From: an uncultured Flavobacteriales bacterium
GTDB lineage: Bacteria > Bacteroidota > Bacteroidia > Flavobacteriales > UBA7430
Assembly (NCBI GenBank): GCA_943789355.1
Contig: CALSTU010000001.1
Span: 107,118 to 171,117 of the forward strand
DNA: 64,000 nt
Direction: 5' to 3'
Of this stretch, positions 38,786 to 48,775 are shown in pieces (positions within the stretch are counted from its first letter, which is position 1; each line of letters starts with the position of its first letter). Under the pieces are notes generated by a model. That model was not told the origin of the DNA. It was given only the letters and a program-made list of their open reading frames with translations, and did no database searches. Made by a program: the position numbers and the translations under genes.

Positions 38786-41700
38786 TTACATATTACGGCG
38801 ATACTGCCCTCCCACATCAAATAAGGCTGAAGTCATCTGTCCTAAAGAACAAGATTTAGCAACTTCCATCATTTCAGAAAATATATTTTTATTTTGTAAG
38901 GCATTAGCTTGTAGGTTTTTGAGTGATTTGGAACTCGATGTTTGGTGAGCACTCAATAGATCATTAAGCATGTCGATCTGATACTCCTTTTCCTGCTTGG
39001 TTGCTCGAATTACTTCTGTAGGTATTATTGTCGGCGAACCCTTGGAACTTAAAAAGGTGTTTACTCCAATAATTGGGTAGGCTCCAGAATGTTTTAAAGT
39101 CTCGTAGTGAAGACTCTCTTCTTGAATTTTTCCTCGCTGATACATCGTCTCCATAGACCCCAAAACACCGCCTCTTTCGTTTATACGATCGAACTCTTCT
39201 AATACCGAGGCCTCTACAAGATCTGTAAGCTCCTCTATAATAAAAGAACCCTGAATTGGATTTTCATTTTTTGCAAGTCCCAACTCCCGATTGATGATCA
39301 ACTGTATGGCCATCGCTCTACGCACAGAATCTTCTGTAGGTGTTGTAATCGCCTCATCATATGCATTGGTATGAAGAGAGTTGCAATTGTCGTAAATCGC
39401 GTACAAAGCCTGTAGCGTGGTACGTATGTCGTTAAAATCAATTTCTTGTGCATGTAAAGATCGGCCTGAGGTTTGTATGTGGTACTTTAATTTTTGAGCT
39501 CGAGGTCCTGCTCCATATTTATTCTTCATTGCTTTTGACCAAATTTTTCGAGCAACCCTTCCGATGACAGAATATTCTGGATCGATACCGTTGGAGAAAA
39601 AGAAAGATAAATTGGGCCCAAAGTCATCAATATCCATCCCACGGCTCAAATAATACTCAACATAAGTAAAACCATTACTCAATGTAAAGGCTAATTGCGT
39701 TATGGGGTTTGCACCTGCTTCTGCAATGTGGTAACCAGAGATAGATACTGAATAAAAATTACGAATGGCATGCTGAATAAAATACTCTTGAACATCTCCC
39801 ATCAAACGCAATGCGAATTCTGTTGAAAATATACAGGTGTTTTGTGCCTGATCCTCTTTTAATATATCAGCTTGAACGGTACCTCTAACCTGAGACAAAG
39901 TACGTTTCTTGATGTCATTGTACACATTCTTCGGAAGAACTAAATCTCCCGTAACTCCCAGTAACATTAAACCTAACCCATCATTACCTTCCGGTAAATC
40001 TCCTTGATAGACGGGCCTTGAAACACCTCTATTTTTGAATATCTCACCTATTTTAGTTTCAACATCTTCATCTAAGCCCTCTGCCTTAATATACAGCTCA
40101 CATTGCTGATCAATGGCAGCATTCATAAAAAAAGCCAACAGCATCGGTGCGGGACCGTTGATGGTCATCGAAACTGAAGTACTTGAAGCACACAAGTCAA
40201 AACCGGAATACAATTTTTTAGCATCATCCAAACAACAAATAGAAACTCCAGCATTACCAATCTTCCCATAAATATCAGGACGATAGTCAGGATCATTACC
40301 ATACAAAGTAACCGAATCAAAAGCTGTAGAAAGACGCTTTGCTGGCAATCCTAAACTGACGTAATGAAATCGACGATTGGTTCTTTCAGGGCCCCCTTCG
40401 CCCGCAAACATTCGAGTTGGATCTTCTCCTTCCCTTTTGAAAGGAAACAAGCCCGAAGTAAACGGAAATTCTCCAGGTACATTTTCCTGAAGTGACCAAC
40501 GAAGGATATCACCCCATCCGCTGTACTTAGGTAATGAAATTTTAGGGATTTGAATATGAGACAATGATTCTGTGTGTGTGTTAACATTCAATACTTTATT
40601 TCTTACGTTGAAGGAATAAACTGGAGCTTTGTATTTTTCAACCTTATCCTTCCACCTTTTTATGGTGAGCATATTCTTAGGGTCCAAATTCAAGACGAGT
40701 TTATCGAATGCTTCTTGTAGACCATCAACAAGTAAATCTTGATTTTTTGAATCCGTATTTCTAATCGTCACCAAAGACTCATTGAGTGCGTATAATTTTT
40801 GAGCTACTTCAACTTGCTGATCAACCCACGTATCATATGCTCGATTGTTATCTGCGATTTCAGAAAGATAGCGTACTCGTTGGGGTGGGATAATAAACAT
40901 TTTCTCAGAAACTTCTTTCGTTGGTGAAAAATTGGAACTCAAATGTGCACCAGTCTTCTCCTGTAACTTAACAATAAGAGCGCGATATAGAGAATTCATG
41001 CCCGGATCATTAAACTGAGATGCTATGGTACCATACACCGGGAGACTTGCATCATCCGTTTCCCATAAATTATGATTGCGCTTGTATTGTTTCTTTACAT
41101 CACGAAGGGCATCTAAAGCGCCACGTTTATCAAATTTATTCAAAGCGATTACGTCAGCAAAATCTAACATATCGATCTTCTCCAACTGAGTTGCTGCTCC
41201 GTATTCAGGAGTCATTACATACAAACTCACATCCGAAAACTCTTCAATTTCTGTGTCGGACTGACCAATACCTGAAGTCTCAAGAATAATCATATCAAAA
41301 TTCGCAGCTTTTAAAACTTCTAAAGCTTCAGATACATGCTTTGACAGTGACAAATTAGATTGACGTGTTGCCAAAGAACGCATGTAAACACGATCGTCAT
41401 TAATGGCATTCATGCGAATACGATCACCCAACAATGCACCCCCAGTCTTTCTTTTAGATGGATCTATTGATATGATGGCAATTTGTTTATCCCTAAAGTC
41501 AATTAAAAAACGACGAACCAACTCATCAACAAGAGAAGATTTTCCGGCGCCTCCCGTTCCGGTAATTCCCAAAACAGGAACACTATTTTTTGTAGAAAGT
41601 TTTCGAATTTGACTTAATATATCGTGATGTTTATCCGGAAAATTTTCTGCTGCTGATATGGTCTGTGCTATCGTTCTTTTGTCCTTTTTACGTATCATTT

Positions 41701-42169
41701 TGATAGACTCCTTAGGAAGAAACTCTCCGGTTGCAAAGTCACTCTTTTTTACAAGATCATTAATCATACCTTGTAATCCCATCTCACGTCCATCATCTGG
41801 AGAATATATTCTTGTGATGCCATAATCCATTAAGTCTTTAATCTCATTCGGTAGAATCACACCCCCACCGCCGGCAAATATGCGAATGTGTCCAGCACCT
41901 TTTTCCTGAAGTAATTCATACATGTACTTGAAATATTCAATATGCCCTCCCTGATAGGAGGTCATCGCTATCGAATTAACATCTTCCTGAATGGCTGTAT
42001 TAACTACTTCTTCAACAGAACGATCATGACCAAGGTGAATAACTTCAACACCAGTAGCTTGAATGATTCTACGCATGATGTTGATCGCCGCATCGTGACC
42101 ATCAAACAAGGAAGCAGCAGTAACAATTCTAATTTTATTTTTTGATGTATAGGCGCGTATTGTCTCCAT
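38786..42169 (-). CDS. icmF: Fused isobutyryl-CoA mutase (B12-binding domain, MeaB-like GTPase, mutase TIM barrel)
   Basis: N-terminal B12 motif [10 protein letters not shown], central P-loop [12 protein letters not shown] with NKFD, and a C-terminal mutase core with [18 protein letters not shown] and [11 protein letters not shown] (the IcmF type rather than the MCM RQYAGF type). 1127 aa. Confidence 0.85.
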   Translation of the reverse strand: METIRAYTSKNKIRIVTAASLFDGHDAAINIMRRIIQATGVEVIHLGHDRSVEEVVNTAIQEDVNSIAMTSYQGGHIEYFKYMYELLQEKGAGHIRIFAGGGGVILPNEIKDLMDYGITRIYSPDDGREMGLQGMINDLVKKSDFATGEFLPKESIKMIRKKDKRTIAQTISAAENFPDKHHDILSQIRKLSTKNSVPVLGITGTGGAGKSSLVDELVRRFLIDFRDKQIAIISIDPSKRKTGGALLGDRIRMNAINDDRVYMRSLATRQSNLSLSKHVSEALEVLKAANFDMIILETSGIGQSDTEIEEFSDVSLYVMTPEYGAATQLEKIDMLDFADVIALNKFDKRGALDALRDVKKQYKRNHNLWETDDASLPVYGTIASQFNDPGMNSLYRALIVKLQEKTGAHLSSNFSPTKEVSEKMFIIPPQRVRYLSEIADNNRAYDTWVDQQVEVAQKLYALNESLVTIRNTDSKNQDLLVDGLQEAFDKLVLNLDPKNMLTIKRWKDKVEKYKAPVYSFNVRNKVLNVNTHTESLSHIQIPKISLPKYSGWGDILRWSLQENVPGEFPFTSGLFPFKREGEDPTRMFAGEGGPERTNRRFHYVSLGLPAKRLSTAFDSVTLYGNDPDYRPDIYGKIGNAGVSICCLDDAKKLYSGFDLCASSTSVSMTINGPAPMLLAFFMNAAIDQQCELYIKAEGLDEDVETKIGEIFKNRGVSRPVYQGDLPEGNDGLGLMLLGVTGDLVLPKNVYNDIKKRTLSQVRGTVQADILKEDQAQNTCIFSTEFALRLMGDVQEYFIQHAIRNFYSVSISGYHIAEAGANPITQLAFTLSNGFTYVEYYLSRGMDIDDFGPNLSFFFSNGIDPEYSVIGRVARKIWSKAMKNKYGAGPRAQKLKYHIQTSGRSLHAQEIDFNDIRTTLQALYAIYDNCNSLHTNAYDEAITTPTEDSVRRAMAIQLIINRELGLAKNENPIQGSFIIEELTDLVEASVLEEFDRINERGGVLGSMETMYQRGKIQEESLHYETLKHSGAYPIIGVNTFLSSKGSPTIIPTEVIRATKQEKEYQIDMLNDLLSAHQTSSSKSLKNLQANALQNKNIFSEMMEVAKSCSLGQMTSALFDVGGQYRRNM

Positions 42170-42253
42170 AATTGAAAAATTATTTTATTATATGTATATT
42201 ATAATCCATGTAAAAATACAAAATAGAAATGAAAAGCAATTTACAAAATTGTA

Positions 42254-42261
42254 TACCTTTG
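42254..42261 (+). promoter_or_regulatory. -7 box (TACCTTTG) abutting the start codon of the YqaA-like gene
   Basis: Exact TAnnTTTG match ending 5 nt before the ATG at 42267. Confidence 0.4.
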
Positions 42262-42266
42262 TGCGC

Positions 42267-42716
42267 ATGGAATCATGGGCTTCATATGGGTATTGGGGGT
42301 TGTTTACTGCAGCTTTTTTAGCCGGTTCGGTCATCCCTTTTGGAGCCGAAATATTACTTGGCATTCTCTTATACCAGGGTTTCCCTCTCATTCCTTTGGT
42401 CCTTGTTGCTACGTTCGGAAATTGGCTTGGAGGTTATACGGCTTTCTTCATGGGCTATTATACAAGATGGGACTTGATTGAGAAATACCTGAAGATAAAC
42501 CCCGTCAAATTCAAAAAATTTGCATGGAAAGATAAACTCCCAAGTGAACTACTGGCACTGTTTTGTTGGATCCCTATTTTAGGGTCAATCATATTGATTA
42601 GTTTAGGTATTATGAGGAGTTCCATCTTAAAAACAGGCATTTTCATGTTTGTTGGGCGACTCATTAGATACTTCGTATGGGCGCTCTTGAGTACAGAAAT
42701 AATAGACGCTCTCTAA
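42267..42716 (+). CDS. YqaA/DedA-like small membrane protein
   Basis: MESWASYGYWGLFTAAFLAGSVIPFGAEILL... is a typical YqaA-family N-terminus. Four hydrophobic helices. I chose the ATG at 42267 because the upstream part of the ORF track would include the promoter box. Confidence 0.75.
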   Translation: MESWASYGYWGLFTAAFLAGSVIPFGAEILLGILLYQGFPLIPLVLVATFGNWLGGYTAFFMGYYTRWDLIEKYLKINPVKFKKFAWKDKLPSELLALFCWIPILGSIILISLGIMRSSILKTGIFMFVGRLIRYFVWALLSTEIIDAL

Positions 42717-42835
42717 AGCAAATAATAAGGTAAATTAAATCAAACAACACAAGCCTTTTTAGGCAAGTTTTAGATTTGATTGGTGGAGGGCACAAAATCG
42801 TATTATCTAAAACTTCCATATCTTCTTTTTTATTG

Positions 42836-42843
42836 TATTTTTG
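42836..42843 (+). promoter_or_regulatory. -7 box (TATTTTTG) for the split transketolase operon
   Basis: Exact TAnnTTTG match 24 nt upstream of the ATG at 42868. It overlaps the alternative TTG start at 42841, which argues against that start. Confidence 0.45.
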
Positions 42844-42867
42844 GTTCGAAAATTTTCTAAAAAGCTC

Positions 42868-43713
42868 ATGGCAAACATCCAAAAACTCGAACAAACTGTA
42901 AGTCAAGTCCGCAGAGACATTGTACGCATGGTTCATGCAAATAATTCCGGACATCCTGGTGGATCATTAGGTTGTACTGAATTTCTAGTCGCTCTGTACT
43001 TCGAAATTATGAAACACGATTCCTCCTTCAACATGGATGGAAAAGGCGAAGATTTATTTTTCTTGTCTAACGGTCACATATCCCCTGTATTTTATAGTGT
43101 TTTGGCACATTCAGGATATTTTAATGTCTCTGAGTTAGCTACATTCCGAAAAATCGACTCCCGACTGCAAGGTCATCCTACGACTCATGAGGGACTTCCG
43201 GGGGTGCGAATAGCTTCCGGTTCTCTTGGACAAGGTATGTCTGTTGCTGCAGGTGCAGCGGTAACCAAAAAGTTGAATGACGATGACCGTATTGTTTACT
43301 CTCTTCATGGAGATGGTGAATTGCAAGAAGGTCAAATTTGGGAAGCAGCTATGTACGCTTCTGCAAAAAAAGTTGACAACTTAATTTGTACGATTGATCT
43401 TAATGGACAACAAATAGATGGAAGTACTGATGAAGTATTGAATATGGGGAGTCTAGAAGCTAAATTTTTAGCATTTGGCTTCGACGTATTGATTGTAAAA
43501 GAAGGAAACAACATGACAAAGGTTGTTGCCGCTTTAGAAGAAGCAAAATCTAGAACTGGGAAAGGAAAACCCGTTTGTATTTTACTTCATACCGAAATGG
43601 GAAATGGAGTCGATTATATGATGGGCTCACACAAATGGCACGGTGTAGCTCCTAATGACGAAGAACTAGCTGTTGCATTAGCACAAAATAAAGAAACATT
43701 AGGAGACTACTAA
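42868..43713 (+). CDS. Transketolase, N-terminal (ThDP pyrophosphate-binding) subunit
   Basis: SGHPGGSLG, HGDGELQEGQIWEA, and the ~280-aa length of split transketolases. Confidence 0.92.
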   Translation: MANIQKLEQTVSQVRRDIVRMVHANNSGHPGGSLGCTEFLVALYFEIMKHDSSFNMDGKGEDLFFLSNGHISPVFYSVLAHSGYFNVSELATFRKIDSRLQGHPTTHEGLPGVRIASGSLGQGMSVAAGAAVTKKLNDDDRIVYSLHGDGELQEGQIWEAAMYASAKKVDNLICTIDLNGQQIDGSTDEVLNMGSLEAKFLAFGFDVLIVKEGNNMTKVVAALEEAKSRTGKGKPVCILLHTEMGNGVDYMMGSHKWHGVAPNDEELAVALAQNKETLGDY

Positions 43714-43725
43714 AAAGCCCCTCAG

Positions 43726-44679
43726 ATGAAAAAATATACATACACAGAAACAAAAGATACGCGTTCGGGATTTGGCGCTGGACTCCTAGAAGCTGCTCAA
43801 AAAAATGAAAATGTAATTGGCTTATGTGCCGATCTTACGGGTTCATTAAAGATGAATGCTTTCGAAAATGAATTCCCAGAGCGATTTTTCCAAGTTGGAA
43901 TTTCCGAAGCCAATATGATGAGTATGGCTGCGGGTATGACAATTGGTGGAAAGATTCCTTTTACTGGAACCTTTGCAAATTTTGCAACATCAAGAGTTTA
44001 TGATCAAGTAAGGCAATCGATAGCATACTCCAATAAGAATGTTAAAATATGTGCTTCTCATGCCGGGTTAACTCTTGGTGAAGATGGTGCTACACATCAA
44101 GTACTGGAAGATATCGGTATGATGAAAATGTTACCTGGAATGGTTGTTATCAATCCATGTGACTACAATCAAACAAAGGCTGCTACTTTGGCCATAGCAG
44201 AATATGAAGGGCCAGTTTACCTACGTTTTGGACGTCCTAAAATGCCGGTCTTCACTCCTGCTGATCAAGAATTTAAAATTGGTGAAGCAGTAATGCTTAA
44301 TGAAGGTGCAGATGTAACCATCATTGCCACTGGTCACCTAGTTTGGGAAGCTATTGAAGCAGGCCATATCCTTGCTGACATGGGTATTGATGCAGAAATA
44401 ATTAACATTCATACCATTAAACCTTTAGATGCAGAAGCTATTTTAAAATCTGCAGAAAAGACAGGGTGCGTGGTAACTGCTGAGGAACACCAAATGAATG
44501 GCGGGTTAGGTGATGGTGTGGCTCAATTATTGGCTCGCAAAAACCCTACCCCTCTGGAAATGGTTGCAGTAAACGACAGCTTTGGTGAATCAGGTATTCC
44601 TGCGCTTCTTATGGAGAAGTACGGATTAACTCGTACAGACATTGTTAAATCCGTTGAAAAAGTAATCAAACGTAAGTAA
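43726..44679 (+). CDS. Transketolase, C-terminal (pyrimidine-binding) subunit
   Basis: FQVGISEANMMSMAAGM and GEDGATHQ. 317 aa, directly after the N-terminal subunit. Confidence 0.92.
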   Translation: MKKYTYTETKDTRSGFGAGLLEAAQKNENVIGLCADLTGSLKMNAFENEFPERFFQVGISEANMMSMAAGMTIGGKIPFTGTFANFATSRVYDQVRQSIAYSNKNVKICASHAGLTLGEDGATHQVLEDIGMMKMLPGMVVINPCDYNQTKAATLAIAEYEGPVYLRFGRPKMPVFTPADQEFKIGEAVMLNEGADVTIIATGHLVWEAIEAGHILADMGIDAEIINIHTIKPLDAEAILKSAEKTGCVVTAEEHQMNGGLGDGVAQLLARKNPTPLEMVAVNDSFGESGIPALLMEKYGLTRTDIVKSVEKVIKRK

Positions 44680-44700
44680 AACATTGCATTAAAAGATTTC

Positions 44701-44736
44701 AAAAAAAAGAGAGGTTCTAGCCTCTCTTTTTTTTTT
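44701..44736. terminator. Bidirectional intrinsic terminator between transketolase and the convergent thioesterase gene
   Basis: A8-gagagg-ttctag-cctctc-T10. Confidence 0.85.
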
Positions 44737-44782
44737 ACAAACAACCACTTTTAAAGCGAAGTAATATCAAAGTTTACACCCC

Positions 44783-45208
44783 CTAATTCTCACCTAAATG
44801 TTCGTCAAAATAAAGAGTAACTTTTTGATTGAAATCATCGGGAATTAAACAAGGTTTTCTAGTGTCTCTATCAACAAAAACCAAAGTTGTTTCAGCCTTA
44901 GTGGTTAACATTCCTTCAGGGTTAATCAACTCATATTCAAAGTGAATTCTGGAGCTTGGTCTTTTCGTTACTTTGGTCTTTAGGATTATTTCCTCATCGT
45001 AATACAGCGGCTTAATGTACTTTAACTTTAAGTCTAACACAGGCATTATCAAACCGTTATCTTCCATAAGCTTGTAAGATAAGCCCAAAGTTCTTAAGAG
45101 CTCTACTCTACCCATTTCCAAGTACTTAGCGTACCTGCCGTAATACATATACCCCATCTTATCTGTATCTGAATACAAAACTCTAAAGGTTAATTCATGT
45201 TCTAACAT
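44783..45208 (-). CDS. YbgC/4HBT-family acyl-CoA thioesterase
   Basis: 141 aa with a hotdog-fold N-terminus (HELTFRVLYSDTDKMGYMYYGRYAKYLEMGRVELLR). Confidence 0.85.
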   Translation of the reverse strand: MLEHELTFRVLYSDTDKMGYMYYGRYAKYLEMGRVELLRTLGLSYKLMEDNGLIMPVLDLKLKYIKPLYYDEEIILKTKVTKRPSSRIHFEYELINPEGMLTTKAETTLVFVDRDTRKPCLIPDDFNQKVTLYFDEHLGEN

Positions 45209-45481
45209 AATTTAAACTGGCATGATGATTTAATTTAACAAACAAAAATGAAGTCGTAAAAGATTCAAAAATAAGGCATCAAATTCAAAAAGTAAAAATC
45301 TCAAATTATCTAACTTCTTTAATACAACAACAAACTCTAGTTATGAAAAAGAAAGTTAATTATCAATAGCAATTTCATTTTTTTCTTAACTTTTTTGTTC
45401 ACACATTTGTCTCAGCGTAAAGCACTAAAAATAGGACCAAATTAAACACGGTACGAAACCCTTTAAATTGTCAACTCATAA

Positions 45482-46918
45482 ATGAAAAATACACCTGAAC
45501 TCGTATGGGGAAATTGCTTGACTTTTATAAAGGATAACATCTCTGAACAAAGTTTTAAAACTTGGTTTTTACCAATTCAGCCGATCAAACTTAAAGGGCG
45601 TACGCTCAACATCCAAGTTCCAAGTAAATTTTTCTACGAATGGATTGAGGAACACTACATCAAATTACTAAAAACTGCAGTAGGAAAAGAGCTTGGAGAA
45701 GAAGCTAAATTAGTGTACACCATCGTAATGGAAAACACGTACGGAAATAGCAATCCTTATACAGTAAAGATACCCAGCAACAACAGACCTCCTATAAACA
45801 ACCCCAAAGTAGCAGTTCCAGTTGAAATTGCAGCTGCCGGTGTGAAAAACCCATTTGTAATTCCTGGGCTAAAGAAGGTTAATATAGAATCGCAATTAAA
45901 CCCTAATTACAGCTTTGAAAACTTTATTGAGGGAGATTGCAATCGATTGGCTCGCTCAGCAAGTTACGCTGTAGGTAACAATCCTGGAGGTACCTCCTTC
46001 AATCCATTGCTATTATATGGAGGAGTTGGACTGGGAAAAACTCACTTGGCCCATGCGATAGGTATTGAAATTAAAGACAGTTACCCTGACAAAACGGTGC
46101 TTTATGTTTCTGCCGAAAAATTTACACAACAATTTATTGACTCTATAAGAAACAACACCAGAAATGACTTTGTTCATTTCTATCAAATGATTGATGTCTT
46201 GATTATTGATGATGTCCAATTTTTTGCTGGAAAAGAAAAAACACAAGACGTTTTCTTCCACATATTCAATCACCTTCATCAGCAAGGCAAGCAGCTTATT
46301 CTTACATCGGACAGAGCGCCTGTTGACCTTCAAGGTATGGAGCAAAGGTTGCTTTCTCGATTTAAATGGGGCCTCTCAGCAGACCTACAAACACCAAGTC
46401 TGCAAACAAGAATAACCATTCTAAAGAAAAAACTATACACTGACGGCATTGAAATGCCAGAAGATGTTATTGAGTATCTTGCGTATAGCATTACATCAAA
46501 TGTTCGCGAACTAGAGGGCGCTCTAATATCTCTTCTAGCTCAATCTTCATTGAACAAGAGAGATATTAATTTGAGTCTTGCAAAAGAAATGATTGACCGC
46601 TTTGTGAAAAACACAACTCGAGAAGTTTCTATAGACTACATTCAGAAAGTTATTTGCGATTACTTTGACCTAAGCTTAGAAGTTTTAAACTCGAAAACAA
46701 GAAAGAGACGTATCGTTCAAGCAAGACAACTGGCTATGTTCTTCTCTAAGAAACTAACCAAATCTTCATTGGCTAGCATAGGAGCTCAGTGTGGAGGAAA
46801 AGATCACGCTACAGTACTTCATGCCTGTAAAACGGTAAACAATCTTGTAGACACTGATAAACAATTTCGATCCTACGTTGACGATCTTAGTAAAAAATTA
46901 GAACTACAACAACTCTAA
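45482..46918 (+). CDS. dnaA: Chromosomal replication initiator DnaA
   Basis: Walker A GGVGLGKTHL, the box VII and sensor region, and a C-terminal DNA-binding region (GGKDHATVLHA). Confidence 0.98.
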   Translation: MKNTPELVWGNCLTFIKDNISEQSFKTWFLPIQPIKLKGRTLNIQVPSKFFYEWIEEHYIKLLKTAVGKELGEEAKLVYTIVMENTYGNSNPYTVKIPSNNRPPINNPKVAVPVEIAAAGVKNPFVIPGLKKVNIESQLNPNYSFENFIEGDCNRLARSASYAVGNNPGGTSFNPLLLYGGVGLGKTHLAHAIGIEIKDSYPDKTVLYVSAEKFTQQFIDSIRNNTRNDFVHFYQMIDVLIIDDVQFFAGKEKTQDVFFHIFNHLHQQGKQLILTSDRAPVDLQGMEQRLLSRFKWGLSADLQTPSLQTRITILKKKLYTDGIEMPEDVIEYLAYSITSNVRELEGALISLLAQSSLNKRDINLSLAKEMIDRFVKNTTREVSIDYIQKVICDYFDLSLEVLNSKTRKRRIVQARQLAMFFSKKLTKSSLASIGAQCGGKDHATVLHACKTVNNLVDTDKQFRSYVDDLSKKLELQQL

Positions 46919-46926
46919 TACATACA

Positions 46927-46953
46927 AGCAGGAATTTATTCCTGCTTTTTTTT
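46927..46953 (+). terminator. Intrinsic terminator after dnaA
   Basis: agcaggaat-tt-attcctgct followed by T8. Confidence 0.85.
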
Positions 46954-46954
46954 C

Positions 46955-47434
46955 ATGAAAAAAAAGAAAATCTTAATGGTATGCCTCGGGAACATATGCA
47001 GATCTCCGTTGGCCGAAGGAATACTATCCAACAAATGTAAATCCTTAGCAGTAGATGTAGATTCAGCAGGAACTGCTGCATACCATATAGGCAAAGCCCC
47101 TGACCCAAGGTCACAAAATATCGCAAGTATTAATCGAATAGAAATTAAAAATCAAAAAGCTAGAGCTCTAAAGCAAAGTGATTTGATTGAATTTGACACG
47201 ATTTACGTCATGGATCAATCCAACTACGAAAACACGCTAAAGTTGGCCGTAAACGATGCGCAAAGGGGTAAGGTTAAAATGATATTAAATGCATCCAAGC
47301 CCGGAAGCAACAAAGATGTTCCCGACCCATACTACGGAGGAGATGATGGGTTTAAGCAAGTATTTGACCTGCTAAACGAAGCTTGTGAAATCATTAAGAA
47401 TCAACTTGAATTAGAATTAAATGGCACAAGGTAG
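46955..47434 (+). CDS. Low-molecular-weight protein-tyrosine phosphatase
   Basis: CLGNICRSP P-loop and a DPYYG motif near the C-terminus. Confidence 0.93.
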   Translation: MKKKKILMVCLGNICRSPLAEGILSNKCKSLAVDVDSAGTAAYHIGKAPDPRSQNIASINRIEIKNQKARALKQSDLIEFDTIYVMDQSNYENTLKLAVNDAQRGKVKMILNASKPGSNKDVPDPYYGGDDGFKQVFDLLNEACEIIKNQLELELNGTR

Positions 47435-48134
47435 ATTGTACATGATTCCCACAACCCTAGGAGACTGCGACCCTCTAAAAGTTTTACCAAAATCCGTAAA
47501 AGAAACGATCGGCATGCTGGATGAGTTTATCGTTGAGAACAGCAAAACAGCAAGAGCTTTTTTAAAGTTAATGGAAATTCCCACGCCACAAAGCTCCTTA
47601 AAAATTCATGTGTTGAATAAACATACTGATGTTCATGAACTTTTTGGATTTTTAAACAGTTGCAGAGATGGTAAAGATATTGGACTGATTTCGGAAGCTG
47701 GATGCCCAGGTATTGCAGACCCAGGAGCTGAAATCACAAATATTGCACATAAAGAAGATATTCAAATCATTCCACTGGTAGGCCCATCATCAATCCTTTT
47801 ATCTTTGATGGCAAGCGGAATGAATGGGCAATCATTTACGTTTCATGGCTACCTGCCCATAGATAAACAGGATGTTAAAAAAAGACTTAAGGATCTGGAG
47901 CAAACTTCTAAAATAAATCATCAAACTCAGCTATTCATTGAAACTCCATACAGGAATAATAAACTCCTAGAAGCACTCCTTCAAAACCTCCACAATCAAA
48001 CCAAACTCTGCATCGCTTGTGACATGAGTCTAAATTCTGAGTACATCAAAACAAAGACAATTGACGAATGGAGAAAAAGCAAAAAACCAGACCTACATAA
48101 AAGACCTTGCATCTTTCTTCTCGAAGCACAATAA
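47421..48134 (+). CDS. SAM-dependent methyltransferase, tetrapyrrole-methylase (RsmI-like) fold
   Basis: LYMIPTTLGD, SEAGCPGIADPG, and GPSS. Confidence 0.8.
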   Translation: MAQGRLYMIPTTLGDCDPLKVLPKSVKETIGMLDEFIVENSKTARAFLKLMEIPTPQSSLKIHVLNKHTDVHELFGFLNSCRDGKDIGLISEAGCPGIADPGAEITNIAHKEDIQIIPLVGPSSILLSLMASGMNGQSFTFHGYLPIDKQDVKKRLKDLEQTSKINHQTQLFIETPYRNNKLLEALLQNLHNQTKLCIACDMSLNSEYIKTKTIDEWRKSKKPDLHKRPCIFLLEAQ

Positions 48135-48194
48135 GGACCCATTTTGTTTTTAATCCTTGAGTTATAATCTGTAACTTGCAACATTTATCAAAAT

Positions 48195-48731
48195 ATGCAA
48201 ATACAAGAAACAGGATTTGAAGGATTAATCGTTCTTCAACCCAAGCTTTACAAGGATGAAAGGGGTACTTTCTTAGAAAGCTGGAATCAAGATGCATTCA
48301 AAAGATTGAACCTTGACATTTCATTTGTTCAAGATAATCAATCCGTTTCTCATGAAAATGTGCTCAGAGGCTTGCATTTTCAGAGAGATCCACACGGTCA
48401 GGGCAAGCTTGTTCGAGTTACACGAGGGAGTGCATTGGATGTCGTTGTTGACTTGCGATCACAATCGAAAACTTTCGGTAAGCATTTCAAACTAAAACTC
48501 AGTAGCGAGCAAGGCAACATGCTCTGGATACCCGCAGGGTTTGCACATGGGTTTTTATCCCTCGAAAATCAAACCGTATTTCAATACAAATGTGACGCTT
48601 TGTACCATCCTAAATCTGAAGAGTGCCTCCTATGGAATGATCCGAAATTAAAAATTGATTGGGGAGTGAAAAATCCAATGGTTTCTTCAAAGGATTTACA
48701 GGGCAAATTATTCCAACACCTCAGTATATAG
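48195..48731 (+). CDS. rfbC: dTDP-4-dehydrorhamnose 3,5-epimerase
   Basis: DERG.F.E, RGLHFQ, and GFAHGF cupin motifs. 178 aa. Confidence 0.92.
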   Translation: MQIQETGFEGLIVLQPKLYKDERGTFLESWNQDAFKRLNLDISFVQDNQSVSHENVLRGLHFQRDPHGQGKLVRVTRGSALDVVVDLRSQSKTFGKHFKLKLSSEQGNMLWIPAGFAHGFLSLENQTVFQYKCDALYHPKSEECLLWNDPKLKIDWGVKNPMVSSKDLQGKLFQHLSI

Positions 48732-48775
48732 ATGCTTCAATATTTTAAGTAACCTTAATAGAAAGTACATCGTAA

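Noticed and set aside
42664-42954. 96-aa minus-strand ORF spanning the yqaA-transketolase gap
   Set aside because: It overlaps the 3' end of the yqaA-like gene, the transketolase promoter box and the transketolase 5' end. It has no recognisable features, so it is most likely spurious.
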